Below are positions 1 to 13,700 of a stretch of 64,000 nt of DNA, piece after piece. Made by a program: the position numbers and the translations under genes. Positions within the stretch are counted from its first letter, which is position 1. The number at the start of each line of letters is the position of its first letter. The notes under the pieces were generated by a model. It ran no database searches, had not been told where the DNA came from, and saw nothing but the letters and a program-made list of their open reading frames with translations. Origin of the DNA: Podarcis muralis (taxonomy: Eukaryota); NCBI RefSeq assembly GCF_964188315.1, contig NC_135669.1:3348001-3412000 (forward strand), in the 5' to 3' direction.

Positions 1-54
1 CCTTATTATTGTTATTAGGAAACTGGAAGTTCTCAAGATGCCAAATTCTGGGAC

Positions 55-175
55 TGGGACTCAAGTACTGATGGCCACCAACTTGGATGGCTTTAAAAGG
101 GGACTAAACAAATCCATGGAGGATAAGATTCTCAATGGCAGCTAGGAGCTATGGTGGCTATGTCCTGCCCACAGC
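55..175 (+). mobile_element. CR1 LINE 3' fragment (degraded)
   Basis: gatggccaccaacttggatggctttaaaaggggactaaacaaatccatggaggataag resembles the squamate CR1 3' region (recalled consensus). Confidence 0.55.
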
Positions 176-189
176 TTCCATTACTGGGA

Positions 190-1615
190 GTTAGGGATGG
201 GTGAACAGGCAAATTTTGGTTTCTCGTTTTCCTAGTCTTATATTCAGTTTTCCACATCAGTTTGCAAATTTAATTTTAAAAGCCCTCATGAAAATTCACC
301 AGCATCTTAGTGCAAATTTCTCCGAATATACAAATTTCTGTATGCAATTTTTCCTAACATGCATTTTATATGTTACTTTCCCTAATATATGCAAACCTTA
401 CATGCTTTTAACACTATCCTCCCCCATAGACTGGTGTCCAAGCTAGAGGCGATTGGACTCTCCAACTCCACCTGTCTCTGGGTTTTGGATTTTTTGTCAG
501 AACGTTCTCAGAGGGTTAGAGTAGGGTCACATATGTCCACAGCCCTTAGCCTTAACACCGGCTCACCACAGGGTTGTGTGTTGAGTCCCCTGCTCTATGC
601 TCTCTATACGTATGACTGTACAGCCATCTATTCCAGCAACAAAATCATCAAGTTTGCTGATGACACTACGGTGGTAGGGCTCATTTCAGGAGGGGATGAG
701 TCCGCCTATCGGGACGAGGTGGAGCGGCTCTGTGTTTGGTGTGGAGAGAACAATCTGGCTCTTAATACGGCTAAGACCAAGGAATTGGTGGTGGATTACA
801 GGAAAAAAAAGGCGGACATTCAGCCCTTGTATATCAACGGGGAACGGGTGGAGAGGGTGGCAGAATTCAGGTTTTTGGGAGTAACTATCGATCAGGGCAT
901 GACTTGGAGCGCAAATACCACTGCTCTGGTGAAGAAGGCCCAGCAGAGAATTTATTTCCTCAGACTTTTGAAGAAGAACAATCTGAGTGAGAGACTGCTG
1001 GTGTCCTTCTACCAAGGCTCCATAGAGAGCATTCTTACATACTGTATTTGTGCTTGGTTCTCCAGTTGTACAGCTAGGGAGAGGAAGGTGCTCCAGAAGG
1101 TCATAACCACAGCCCAAAGGATTATTGGTCATCCTCTCCCATCTTTGGAAGAACTGTACGGTTCCCGTTGTCTTAGGAAAGCAAACAACATCCTGCAGGA
1201 TTCATCTCACCCGGGACACAGTCTGTTTGCACTACTGCCTTCTGGCAGGAGATATAGAAACATCAAGTCAAGGACAAATAGACTGAAAAACAGTTTCTAT
1301 CCAAGAGCTGTGGCCTTTTTGAATGCTGTAACTCGATAGTGTGACCTGGGAGTTTGATGGGTGTTGGTGTGGGTGTGGCTGGAATGTGGTTTGTTTGGTT
1401 GTTGTTGTTGTTTTGCTTTTGTTGTTTTTAAGGGATGGCATCCAATTTCGTTGCACTTGTGCAATGTTGCACTTGTGTAATGACAATAAAGAATCTATTC
1501 TATTCTATTCTATTCTATTCTATTCTATTCTTACACTAATATGTGCATTTTTTTAACACATTACTGGAGAACTGCATTCCAAAATTCCAAGAAGTGTGAA
1601 TTTTGAAGGATGAGC
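190..1615. mobile_element. Old interspersed repeat (probable non-autonomous DNA element) split by the Rex1 insertion; pieces ~190-402 and 1530-1615
   Basis: Joining the two pieces gives a sequence collinear with an uninterrupted copy at ~58830-59170 (ctcatgaaaat..caccag..ttagtgcaaatttctcc ... acacta.tat.tgcattttt ... gaaggatga). Confidence 0.6.
403..1529 (+). mobile_element. Rex1/Babar-clade LINE, 5'-truncated, with an open RT C-terminal frame
   Basis: ORF 389-1339 carries RT motifs AFNTI, GSPQGCVLSPLLYALYT and KFADD plus the Rex1-type tail PSGRRY..IKSRTNRLKNSFYPRAV. It is followed by a 3' UTR with (GTT)n, AATAAA and a (TATTC)7 tail. Candidate TSD CTTACA at 397-402 and 1530-1535. The ORF's Met comes from the host element. 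Confidence 0.9.
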
Positions 1616-2019
1616 CATGTGGATAGTTCAGTTGCAGTGGCGTAGTGTGGGTGGTTAGTGCCTGGGGACGCACAGAGGAGTGAACGAAAGGCAGGGAAAT
1701 GAACAGAGTGCGCATGGGCATTCAACTGCCTAACTGCATCCACCTCACCCAGGAGATTGTAGCCACAGAGATAAGAAAACAAGAATTGTTCCATTGTCGG
1801 AAGAGGTCACTTCCTGGCTCTCATGGAGAAGCCGTTTTCAACAGAACCCAGTGATGGAAGTGCACAGCTGTATTGAGGCAGCATTGGGTGTTGAAATTTT
1901 GCGCCTCCTAACAATCTTGCACCCAGGGCAACTGCCCCATGCCCTCCCCCTCCTCTACACCACTGCTCAGTCCGTAGAACACAAAACTTGTAATTTCAGG
2001 GTCCTGGTTTCGAGCCCCA

Positions 2020-2103
2020 TGTTGAGAAAAAGATTTCTGCACTGCAGAGGGTTGGACTAGATGACCCTCGTGCCCCTTTCCAACTCTACAGTTCTATGAT
2101 TCT
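2020..2103 (+). mobile_element. CR1 3' end
   Basis: gggttggactagatgacc..cccttccaactctacagttctatgattct, the typical CR1 hairpin with an ATTCTATG-type tail. Confidence 0.75.
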
Positions 2104-2934
2104 ATTATCACACCTTGTTTCAAAAATATGTAAATTAGGGAAGAGCACCTATCCTTTGGAACTCCCTGCCCATTGGCATTAGTGACTTCGCTGTATTCTT
2201 TTTGGCACCTGCTAAAAACTTTTGTTTAGGCAAGCCTGCCCAGACATGTAAAGTTTGCATGTATTTTAGTCTGTAATTTTACCCTATTATGAATATTTTA
2301 AACTGTTGATTTTATTGGGGGGGGGCGTTTTCACTGATGGTGTTAAAGTATATTTTATATTCCTTGTAAACTGCTTGTTTACAGTTAAATGACATTTTGT
2401 AAAATAAAATGAAACAAAAATGGAGCAGCCCTATGCCTGGGTTTTTCTTTATCTCTTGTTCAGTTTCCCTTCAGCTTATTTGGTCTTCTTCCTGTCATTA
2501 TCCCCTTATTCCCATGCTTAGATCTTTCTCCACCCATTTTCCCCTTAAGTCATTCAATTGCTTGCACCCTGCCTTTTAACCCATCCCATTTTATTTGCTG
2601 GCAAAGTGAACTGTGCACATCTCTTTAAACATAACCCGTTCTGCTGATTCCCCCACTAGCTTTCTGTTCCTCTAGACTAGAATAGAATAGGCTATAACTT
2701 TTTGGAAGGAAAGTTATGAATCAAAATGTGCCATCTAACTAGAAGAAAACATTTTATGAAGTCAGTCACACAACATGCCAAGTTGACGATCTGCCATTGA
2801 ACAATGGCCCTTTCCTTAGACCTGCAGACCTATGGTACTAAATGGAATGCCCTCCCTGAAGCCAAGAATGCCAGGGTTTGTCCAGTGCCTGGTCAGAAGG
2901 CCTCCTGAGAACTCTGAGGTCCTCCTTGGACGAT

Positions 2935-3301
2935 AAAGGTAAAGGTAAAGGTACCCCTGCCCGTACGGGCCAGTCTTGACAGACTCTAGGGTTGTGCGCC
3001 CATCTCACTCAAGAGGCCGGGGGCCAGCGCTGTCCGGAGACACTTCCGGGTCACGTGGCCAGCGTGACAAGCTGCATCTGGCGAGCCAGAGCCGCACACG
3101 GAACACCGTTTACCTTGCCGCTAGTAAGCGGTCCCTATTTATCTACTTGCACCCGGGGGTGCTTTCGAACTGCTAGGTTGGCAGGCGTTGGGACCGAACA
3201 ACGGGAGCGCACCCCGCCGCGGGGATTCGAACCGCCGACCTTTCGATCGGCAAGCCCTAGGCACTGAGGCTTTTACCCACAGCGCCACCCGCGTGCGTCC
3301 C
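2935..3301 (-). mobile_element. Sauria SINE, full length, young subfamily
   Basis: On the minus strand: tRNA-like head GGGACGC..GGGTGGCGCTGTGGG, B-box GGTTCGAATCC, (ACCTTT)n tail. TSD TCCTTGGAYGAT at 2923-2934 and 3303-3314. Confidence 0.92.
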
Positions 3302-4313
3302 TTCCTTGGATGATACGTGGGATATAAAAATATTACAAAATTAGAAAAGCAGCTCGGCACGAATGCAGCCTTTGCTTTGCACTTGGTTCCACTGCTGGCA
3401 AGATGACCTGAAAAATAACAGATTTTTTTTCTTCTCCAAAAAGTATATTTCTGAGGCTGAGGCTGTTATTAAACATTACTACCATGTACGTGGCATTTGC
3501 AGACTTCCACCCATCATTAAGCAGCAACAATGGCAGAGATAAAAGCCGCATCAGGGGACAGAGTGCCCCAGATCAAGTTTGTCACCAGGCTACTGAGACT
3601 TTTTGGCCGACCTCTTTGTTATGCTCTTTTTGGCAGAGTGTAATTAGCCAAACTGTTTTGTCCAGGCAACCTTTAAAAGAGAAAAGAAGACAGACCCTTG
3701 AGTAACAGAAAGGAAATGAGAAAAAAACATGTTTTCCCCTCATACAGAGTGCAGCATTCTAACAATTAAAAACAAAAAACAAAAAAACTTTTTTTTTTAA
3801 GCTACTCCCATCCTGCATAGAGACCCATTTAAGAGAATGCTTATCAAAGATTGGTTGAGTCCTGTAACTGCAGCCCTGAAGCAGAAGCAATGCTGATGGA
3901 TGTGTCTTGATATCACTTACCACTTGATATCACTGCGAGGCCATTGGCAAAGGTTAGAGGGCACAGCCCTGGTCTTTTCTTTGCTAACCTGAATGGATAT
4001 TTTTTTTGGTGGGGGGGGTGGAGAGAGAGGAGAGGCTAAAGCAAAGCTTGTTAAGTGCATAACCAACCCCCCCCCCAATGTATAAACACAACCTTTGGGA
4101 TGGAGAGGATCACAAGGCCTGGGAACCCAGTTGAAAACTGTTGAGCTTAAGGCTATTAAGAGTGTTGTGTTTCACTATTTTGTGGAGGGGAGGGGGTCAC
4201 TGCAGATTGCTCTGGATTAGAAAGCAGCTCATTATTCCTCCAACAGCTGTTAAAAACTTGTTGATTTGACACAAGTACTAAAGTTGCAAGATTTGTCCTC
4301 CCATATTTTTCAT

Positions 4314-4672
4314 GACGCGGGTGGCGCTGTGGGTTAAAGCCTCAGCGCCTAGGACTTGCCGATCGAAAGGTCGGCGGTTCGAATCCCTGCGGCGGGGTGC
4401 GCTCCTGTCGTTTGGTCCCAGCGCCTGCCAACCTAGCAGTTCGAAAGCACCCCCGGGTGCAAGTAGATAAATAGGGACCGCTTACCAGCGGGAAGGTAAA
4501 CGGCGTTCCGTGTGCTGCGCTGGCTTGCCAGATGCAGCTTGTCACGCTGGCCACGTGACCCGGAAGTGTCTGCGGACAGCGCTGGCTCCCGGCCTATAGA
4601 GTGAGATGGGCGCACAACCCTAGAGTCTGTCAAGACTGACCCGTACGGGCAGGGGTACCTTTACCTTTACCT
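4314..4672 (+). mobile_element. Sauria SINE, full length, young subfamily
   Basis: GACGCGGGTGGCGCTGTGGG ... GGTTCGAATCC ... ACCTTTACCTTTACCT. TSD TATTTTTCATGA at 4304-4315 and 4673-4684. Confidence 0.92.
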
Positions 4673-4707
4673 TATTTTTCATGATAGAATCACAAGCATT
4701 TACTGTA

Positions 4708-4916
4708 CAGTGGTACCTTGGGTTAAGGACTTAATTCGTTCCGAAGGTCCGTTCTTAACCTGAAACTGTTCTTAACCTGAAGCACCACTTTAGCTAATAG
4801 GGCCTCCCACTGCACAATTTCTGTTCTCATCCTGAAGCAAAGTTCTTAACCTGAGGTACTATTTCTGGGTTAGCGGAGTCTGTAACCTGAAGCGTATGTA
4901 ACCCAAGGTACCACTG
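4708..4916. mobile_element. Tc1/mariner-type MITE
   Basis: Perfect 18-bp TIR CAGTGGTACCTTGGGTTA flanked by TA on both sides; same family at 26670-26895 and 55450-55656. Confidence 0.85.
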
Positions 4917-5280
4917 TATATAGAATTGGAAAGCAAAAGGCTTCAGCTTTTTTTTTGAAAAAACACAAAATGCCAAGGAAGTCTGATAGTTACACTTGTT
5001 GCCTACATTTCTATAATATACTTAAACACTCAGAGCCAATTACAATCCTGGGTCTTTCGGGGGTAAAGGGTTACAATAAAATTAGATGTGTGGGAATCTA
5101 AATAGGCCAAAAAGAAAAGAAAGAAATTCAAAGCATGAGCAACATGTGCAAGAGCAACTCCCCTCCTTAAATAGATGTTCCTGGACCAGAGCACACATGG
5201 GGGATTCCAGTCAAAAGATTATAACTAATTTCAAATGTATCCTCCCACTCCAACTTCACAAGCCTGGAAGAGATTCTAAT

Positions 5281-5649
5281 AAGGTAAAGGTAAAGGTAAA
5301 GGTACCCCTGCCCGTACGGGCCAGTCTTGACAGACTCTAGGGTTGTGCGCCCATCTCACTCTAGAGGCCGGGGGCCAGCGCTGTCCGGAGACACTTCCGG
5401 GTCACGTGGCCAGCGTGACATCGCTGCTCTGGCGAGCCAGAGACACACACGGAAACGCTGTTTACCTTCCCACTAGTAAGCGGTCCCTATTTGTCTACTT
5501 GCACCCGGGAGTGCTTTCGAACTGCTAGGTTGGCAGGCGCTGGGACCGAGCAGCGGGAGCGCACCCCGCCGCAGGGATTCGAACCGCTGACCTTTCGATC
5601 GGCAAGCCCTAGGTGCTGAGGCTTTTACCCACAGCGCCACCCGCGTCCC
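5281..5649 (-). mobile_element. Sauria SINE, full length, young subfamily
   Basis: Same head and tail as the 2935 copy. TSD TTCTAATAAGGTA at 5274-5286 and 5653-5665. Confidence 0.92.
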
Positions 5650-5679
5650 TTTTTCTAATAAGGTACAATTAGGCTAATA

Positions 5680-5682
<3 letters not shown>

Positions 5683-5742
<60 letters not shown>
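5683..5742. repeat. Compound (CT)n(CA)n microsatellite
   Basis: Read directly from the sequence. Confidence 0.95.
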
Positions 5743-5743
<1 letters not shown>

Positions 5744-7152
5744 CACACCCCTTCATGCATGAGTGAAACCAGATGCTGCTTTCTAAGATGATAAAGCTTG
5801 TATTTTATGAGATGTTCACACAAATGCCACTTTAAATTATGAACATGTTCTTTCAAGTAAAAAACAGTTTCTATAGCCAGAAATAAGGACATGATAGCAT
5901 ACATGTTATCCTTCCAGCACGCGTCCAAGCAGTGTTTCAGTCTCACTCAATTATTTGCTACTACAAAAGGATCAATAATTACTGCCCGGCCCAAAGACTG
6001 AAAGCCACACATATATTAACTCTCTGCTGCAGCACAGACAGTGCTACCAAGCACACCAGGTGGACTGCAGGCAAGGCCAACTGTGCCATGTTATGAGTGC
6101 ATTTCCCAACACCAGTACATCACAATAGCTAGCCAGGTTTGCTCCATCACAATATTGCAAGAATACTGTACATCACAACGTTAACAAACTGAAGAACCCT
6201 CTTTTCAGGAGGCGGCTCAGAACCTCAAGATCTATTGCCCTGGTCAGCATATTTTACAAAATATTTTTTAAAGACATTTGAACAGAGCAAGGGCTTCAAT
6301 ACCAGCCATATTGGCACTGTTCACTGACACACTCACAGGCAAGCCAAGACACCAACAAAAGGCTCTTTAACACCCTCATTCCCAGCATGGACAGCAGCAG
6401 AGGATTGGGTGGAGGCCTCGTCTTGCAATGTGCATTTGCTTAGAGTGGCGAAGGGTTTATGAATCCTGCTGCTGACTCTCACTTTGCGCAATTCTCCCTG
6501 GGTGCTGGTTCCTCTGTGCAAGCCAAGACACAGCAAGCGGCTTAAGAGCACCAAGGGAGAGTTCTGTTAAAGCCTATGTTGCTGTTCACACCAGGAATGA
6601 ATAGATTAAAGAACCCTTTGTCTGATGTCAGTGTGGCTCTGGGGCATACGGAGTGTGTGGAGCTTAGGGACAAATGAGATATTCTTAGGGCTCCAATGGA
6701 GAGCCTCCAGCCCATGGGCTCAATTAAGTCTACTGGGCCATTTCAGCTGGGCTTACCTACCCAACACTGAACATCATATGAGTTACAGCCAAAAGGGGGT
6801 AATCAGCTGTCTGTCAGGATGGGCTGTGCATAGCACTCTGCAAGCCCTGACATTCAACTGATAGTCTGTGCTTTGCAGGCTGTGCTTCTGCCCAGTCTGA
6901 TTTCAAGCCAGGCAGGCAAAAAGGGGGTCACCCAATGTCACTGTGGGCACGAGAGGTGCAGGAAGATAATGGTCTGGCCGGCCAGCCCCATCCAGCCCCC
7001 CCCCCCCCGCCTTACAGGATGGATTATTGGTTAATAAGATTTCCCTCACATCCACAGGAACTTTTTATGAGCTGGCTTACCATATATTGAGAGAACAATC
7101 ACAGTAGTTGTGTACAGAACAGTGGAGAACAGACTAGTTTGCTTCTTTCCCA

Positions 7153-7162
7153 TTTATTTATT
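7153..7162 (-). promoter_or_regulatory. Candidate proximal polyadenylation signal of ENTPD4 (two overlapping AATAAA)
   Basis: TTTATTTATT on the plus strand, ~310 nt past the stop codon. It could instead be a (TAAA)n repeat tail. Confidence 0.3.
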
Positions 7163-7471
7163 TACTGGCATTAAGTCTTCCCTGCCCCACACTTTTCGTT
7201 CCTCCCTCCACAACATCTCCCCTCAATGTCAAAGTGCATTTACTTTTAAGGTATGAGTTTTTAAAATAATTTTGGCTGATATTCCCTCAGTCTAGCCAAG
7301 CGGAGCTGACCCTGCTTCCCCCCCCCCCTCAGTTTTCCAGGTGCAGGTGACCTCTTGATTCCAACACCACAGCAAGAGACTTGGGCAACGGTTTCTAGGG
7401 ATGAGAAAAGAACCCTGAGGCAAAAACGATGGCTTTTTCTTTAGCAAGTCCTAAGACCAGTGTTCAGCAGC

Positions 7472-7700
7472 TTATAAGGCTCCTGGGATCTTCGGTGGCG
7501 GGAGGCCTTCCTCGATCCAGAGGGAAGGGGACGGGCCGCTGTGTAGCATTCGCCGGTGAATCCGTCGCAATCGCAACAGGTACAGCAGGATGGACAGCAG
7601 CACAACAAAGAAGCAGGCAAAGAATAGGTAATGGTTGTAAACAAAGGAGAAGCTGCGCCAATGGGAGTGATTGCCTCGGAAATTCTCCTGCTGGATGTCC
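7472..7700 (-). CDS. ENTPD4: ENTPD4 last coding exon (C-terminal TM helix and cytosolic tail)
   Basis: cccag|G GAC ATC; DIQQENFRGNHSHWRSFSFVYNHYLFFACFFVVLLSILLYLLRLRRIHRR..PGAL TAA. Confidence 0.96.
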
Positions 7701-10700
7701 CTGGGAAAACAGAACAAAATTATTAGCGTGAAAGAAATCTTACAGCAACACACACCTCAGCAAGTCAGCCTCTGCAAGGGTGGGAGATGCCAGAAGAAAG
7801 CTGAGAGGGCAACTGAGGAATATGGTGATTTTCAAGTGGGAAGAGCCCCAACTCCTAAACTACCCCTTAGAACTTTATGGGGGGGGGGAGTTGTGATGTC
7901 AGCAGCTGTAACGCTAATGTCATCTTCCTCTTAGACCAATTCCTTTCATCCTCTCAAACCTATCTGAATGTCTAGCAACCCAACAGCAAAGGCTGCTGTG
8001 CTGGTCTCGAGGAACAGGGCATACAGAGGTGAACAACAACTAGTGTCCACCATTCCATTTGTCCTCTATTCCCACCATCTGGCGGGCAACTCACTAGCTC
8101 TACATGATGCTCAGAAAGCATCACAGATGCAAAGTTTTCTGGAGAAAATTATCCACTGAAAGGGTTGTGACTGTTGACTGACTGGCTCTTTTTGAACACC
8201 ACACTTCAGAAAAGTGAAGCCATACCTCAAAGGCAAAAACCGTGTTCGATAGAGAATGGCCCCCAACGTCCATTGCACCTCTTTGTCATAGACCTGCAGT
8301 GCAGTTTTTAAGTTGCCATAGTTTACAGGAAAAGAGAAACCGTTGTGAAACACTTCATACATCCAGGCTGACTTAAAGCATTGATACCTACAAAGAATAA
8401 ACATTAAGAAGTCAACTTCTGCTGTTTTTAAACAGAAGCAGAACTCGTTAAGACATAAAAAGCACAGCCTGAAAAGAATAACTGAATTCCCTTGATCTTG
8501 TGCATTAATTCAATGGCACACTTTCTACTTAAACTTACACAGACATTCTCTAGATTGCACCCAACAAATGAGGCGCTTATATGGAATAGATTATTAAGTT
8601 TTGCTATGACAGAGGGAGTGCATCTGCTCCAGCAGGCTTGAACATTAAACCCAAGAGATAAAAAGGTGGGATGAAAGCTTAAGTATTGGCTACTTTAACA
8701 AGGTTTTCTCATGTTAATTTTCTGTAATTAATAGACAGCGTTATTGGACTTTCCAGGAATAGATAAGGTAAAAGGTAAAGGACCCCTGGATGGTTAAGCC
8801 TAGTCAAAGGCAACTGTGGGGTGGGGCGCTCATCCCGCTTCAGGCCAAGGGAGTCGGCATTGTCCACAGACAGCTTTCCGGGTCATGTGGCCAGAATGAC
8901 TAAACCGCTTCTGGAGCAATGGCGTATCGGAAGCCAGAGCGCACGGAAACACTGTCTACCTTCCCACCAGAGCGGTACCGATTTATCTACTTGCACTGGC
9001 GTGCTTTCGAACTGCTAGGTTGGCAGAAGCTGGGACAGAGCAACGGGAGCTCACCCAGTCCCATGGATTCAAACCACTGATCAGCAAGCCCAAGAGGCCC
9101 AGTGGTTTAGACCACAGTGCTACCCACTCCATTTTTCCAGGAATAGCAGCATTTAACAGATCTGGCACTGCGGATCCGAAAAGTATAAGCCTTTTTCACT
9201 AATCAGTCACCTTCGGGAACACTAAGATATGATTCATAAACTCACTGGATCATTACTCTCCTCCCGAGATGGAGAACGTCCCCTCACTACTCCTCCAACG
9301 TGGAGGTAAGAGCTTGTGTGAACCACCAGATGCACAATGGGATTTTATGGAAGCCCAGCTTATGTGGGGGAAGACCGAAGTTCACGGATCAGGCATTTGC
9401 ATTACAGTCATACCTCATGTTGTGTTCCACTCGTTAACAACTTTCATCTTATGAACGCGGCAAACCCGTAAGTGTATACTTCCGGGTTTGCCGCCCGCAC
9501 ATGCGCAGAAGAGGTGCTATAGTTGCGGACTTTTTGGGGTGCGAACAGCAACTAGAGGTACCACTGTACTAACCAGCTCGTGTAGGAGGTCAGGCCCATT
9601 GTGGGGTGGGTCTCTCCCCTCCACCACATGGGAACTGACTGCAACAGTCCTAGTGGTTGTTTGCACTAGAACTATGTTATACAAAATAGCTATAAACGTA
9701 CAGCATCCGTTACATGCTTATGAAACTGTACTCGGTACTCAACCACAGTTCCAAAAAGCTCTGCAGTTTATGGCTAGTAGTTCAGATGGCAAGAATAAAT
9801 GCTTCTGAGCCTCCTTGAAGTGTTTCCTTCTAGCAACTACTGGTACAATTTGTTCTCGGCTCTTCTCTCCCCAGGAAGGATGCTCAAGCAGATCCAGCCA
9901 TGGGGGAATACAAACACTCACTTCAATCGATGAAGGTCTGCATGCGAGGCATAAAGACCATGGTCCAAACGTTCCCTTAGGACTGACCACTTTGTTGCAC
10001 AGTAATCCTGAAAAAGAAACACAAAGAATGTAAATACATACATTTTGAAGGCAATGTGAAAATATTATATAGAAAATATTATACATTTTTGGAGGCAAGG
10101 AATGTAATGAAATATTGGGGGCTAAGAAAATTGAGGGCTATTGCATTAACCAGAGAAGCTGCGCAGTATATTGGACAGAGTGTTCAACCTCAATTAGGAA
10201 GAGCAGGTTCAAATCCCCTCACCGTGGGAAAATGCACTATGGTCCAGTCACCGTCTCTCATCCTGACCAACCCCAACATTATTGCAAGGATAAAATAGAA
10301 TGGTAGGGAGATATTTCTGTATTTATCTATCCTTTTATCTCACAGAATTTTTATCCCAATCATCTACAAATCTCAGGGTTACAAAAATTTTAAAACAGTA
10401 ATATATCCATATTTAATAAGCAAGAGCTGGTAAAAATATGATTAAATCTATTAACATATACCCCAAACTGCCTAAGTACTTAAAACTAACTAGGAGCAGA
10501 CTAATAATCCCCCAAATGCCTGTGCAATCAAACAGGTATTTGCCAGGCACCAAAATGCCAAATGGCATACTTCATCCACAACTGGGCCACTACCACAGAG
10601 AAGGCCCTATCCCATGTCACTACCAAAGCTATTGCCCGTGGTGGTGGGACAACAAAAAGTGCCTCTCTGCCTTGGTCTAAGGAACTGGGGTGGCTAATTA

Positions 10701-13700
10701 AGGGAGATGCATTATTTCAGATATCTGAGCTCACCAGAAGATGGACCTAAATATTAACAACATTTTATACAGCAATTTTACATGCAAATTGCTTCATAAT
10801 CAGTGGTTCTTGAAGCCACTCTACAATGTTGTTATCTTTTTTTGAAATACACTAAAGCATATGGGAGCAAAGTTAGTGACACAGCAAATGGATATGCAAG
10901 GCTGGAGAGAATGAGTATACAGGAAGGAAAGATTAGGAAAAAGGTTTTTTTGGTAAGGCATCCAACCTTCACTTGTTTTTACTTTACTATTTTACAGACA
11001 GGAAAACATAAGGCTGGGAGACAGTATCTTGCCCTAGGTCAGTGATTCTTAACTGGTGCCCAAAGGGGGGGGGGGGGCATGATCTACAAATCTTGGGGGT
11101 GGGGCATTCAGAATTTGTGGGGGCAAAGGCAGATTTTAGGCAGCCCTTTCTCCCTTCTGCCAGCCAGCAGGGAAGGGTTGTTACACAGTATAGTGCTCAC
11201 TGTGTTCAGGGGATAAAATTAAAGATAATCCTTTTCAAAACTCTTTTAAAAAGCAGCATGCAATAAAGAGGAGTCAAGCATGAATGCCCCTCCCTGCTTA
11301 GGGCAAAGCCCAGCAAAAAGTAATGCACCTCCAGCCACTTACAATGAGACTTAAATATGTATGAAGAGCTTCCAGGAATGAAACAGGGTGGGGGTTATAA
11401 CAGGAACACACACAAGGGAGAAACAGGTTCTCTAAATAAAAAGAAAAGTGTCAATTGGTCTCAAATAAAAATTGAGCACCTTTTTAAAGAACTTGCTTCT
11501 CCCTTGTCAGTATGAGCTTGCAGAGCCTACTAGCTCAAAATTACATCTCTTTCCATCTCCACCACCCATCTCTGCTCCACCACTATGAGCAACTGCATTA
11601 TCCCTCAGCCAGGCTCCCTCCAGCCACTCTTCTTGCCCAAACCTCTTCCCCCAGTTTGATCACAGTAACTACCACCCCCTGCTGTTCCCTCTCCATGAAA
11701 CTGAAAATTAAGGAGTTGGCTGGTGAGGATTTTATTGAACATATGCAGGAAATCTGTGTATTGCATGTATATGTCTATACATCTGGAACCCACCCCGTTA
11801 CATATCACGCAAGCGCTGTCTCTATTGTCCTTTTTGGTACCAACTGAAGACCTTCCTTTTTCAAAAATCCTTTTAAGTGAATATTCCAATCCCAGTTTGT
11901 ATCTGTATTGGTTAGGAAATCTTTCTTATTGATGGGTTTATTGTCGATCGCTTTGGAATGTTTCATGGAAAGCATTTAATAAATGAAATAAATATACCTA
12001 TATAGCAGAATGTTACCTTAATGATAGAAACTTAGGACTCTCAGAACCAAAACTCTTCAACATCAATCACAACTCATGTACATGTGTAATAAAGAGTAGC
12101 ATTAATTTTATTATATTTTGCCCTGCCCTCCTTCCAAGGAACTCAGGGTCATATAAAAAGCACGCTCTCTCTCTTACACACACCCCCACCCCACCCCCAC
12201 CACTGCCAATTTCACTTTCACAACAACCATCTGAGGCTGGTTAGGCTGAGAGAAAAGTGATTGGCCCAAGATCACCAAATTAGCTTTGTGGGTTCACTGA
12301 GAAGATGATCCCTGGCCTCCAAGGCCCTTGGTCTGACACTCTAGCTGCCCCTTCACCACCCAAAAGCAGAGGGACCTTTTACCTTTGCAGCTTTAATAAA
12401 CTTAGCAGCGATGTACTCTCCTCCCATCCGCAATACATCCTCGGTACAGTAATAGAACTCCGAGAACCCATAGAACTCGCTGTTCTCAAAGTGCACAGGA
12501 GGCTGATAAATGCCATTCAAAGAAGTCTGCGTCTCATTTGTCTTATTCATGAAAGGCTGAATAACATCACGGCACAAGTGAAAATCTCCTGTCCCTCGAA
12601 GATGCATCTTCTGCCCATTCTGCTGGATTTCATCCTCAGCATCCAAAGGCAGGCAAGGGTCTAAATAGGGGGTATCAGAAGTCATACCAATCTGTTTGCC
12701 TAGAAGCCTGCAAAAAAGATTGAACAAAGTTACATGTGCAAAAACCGTTTACAGGATACCAGATCTCTCTGGCTTGGAGAGTGGTCCCACCTAGTGCTGT
12801 GTCAGGTGGGCAGGCACAAATTGGGGAAAGCAACACAATGGGAAAATCTGTGACTTCTAGTAGGCCTGAGATGGTCAATGCAGGATGCAACTACAACATC
12901 CTTAACAGAGGACCATTCCACCTGTGCTTAACATCCCTGACAGACAACCACCCCCCACCCGTGAAGGAGGGCCCACCACTCCCTGAGGCAGGCTGTTCCA
13001 GTGCCACACAGCTCCTCCCATGAGAAAGAAGAAGAAGAAGAAGAAGAAGAAGAAGAAGAAGAAGAAGAAGAAGAGTTTGGATTTGATATCCCGCCTTTCA
13101 CTCCCCTTCAGGAGTCTCAAAGCGGCTAACAATCTCATTTCCCTTCCTCCCCCACAACAAACACTCTGTGAGGTGAGTGGAGCTGAGAGACTTCAAGGAA
13201 GTGTGACTAGCCCAAGGTCACCCAGCAGCTGCATGTGGAGGAGCGGAGACGCGAACCCGGTTACCCAGATTACGTGACTACCGCTCTTAACCACTACACC
13301 ACACTGGCTCTCTTTTTCTAATGTTCCTCTTGCATGGATACGCGATCGGGACGCTGGTCAGCAGGGCTTGCTGGCAGTCCAGAGGGTGGTAACATGAGAA
13401 CAGGGTCTTTCCTGTGGTGGCTCCCCGCTTCTGGACTGCTCTCTCCAGGGAGACTCACCTGGCACCTTCATGGCATATTTAAGCACTAGGCAAAAGCATT
13501 TCTCTATAACCAGGCCTTTGGCTGAGTAGACATTATACAGCCTTTTATATCTGTTTGTGGGAGAGGGTTATTGGTTTGTTTTTGTTTGTTATGTATTTTG
13601 TGTTCTCATTTTGTGAACCACCCTGTGAAGGGCAGTATATACAAACTGAGTAAATGGCAATATTAATCATAATAATGGCTGGGAGATAAGTCAGATAAGG

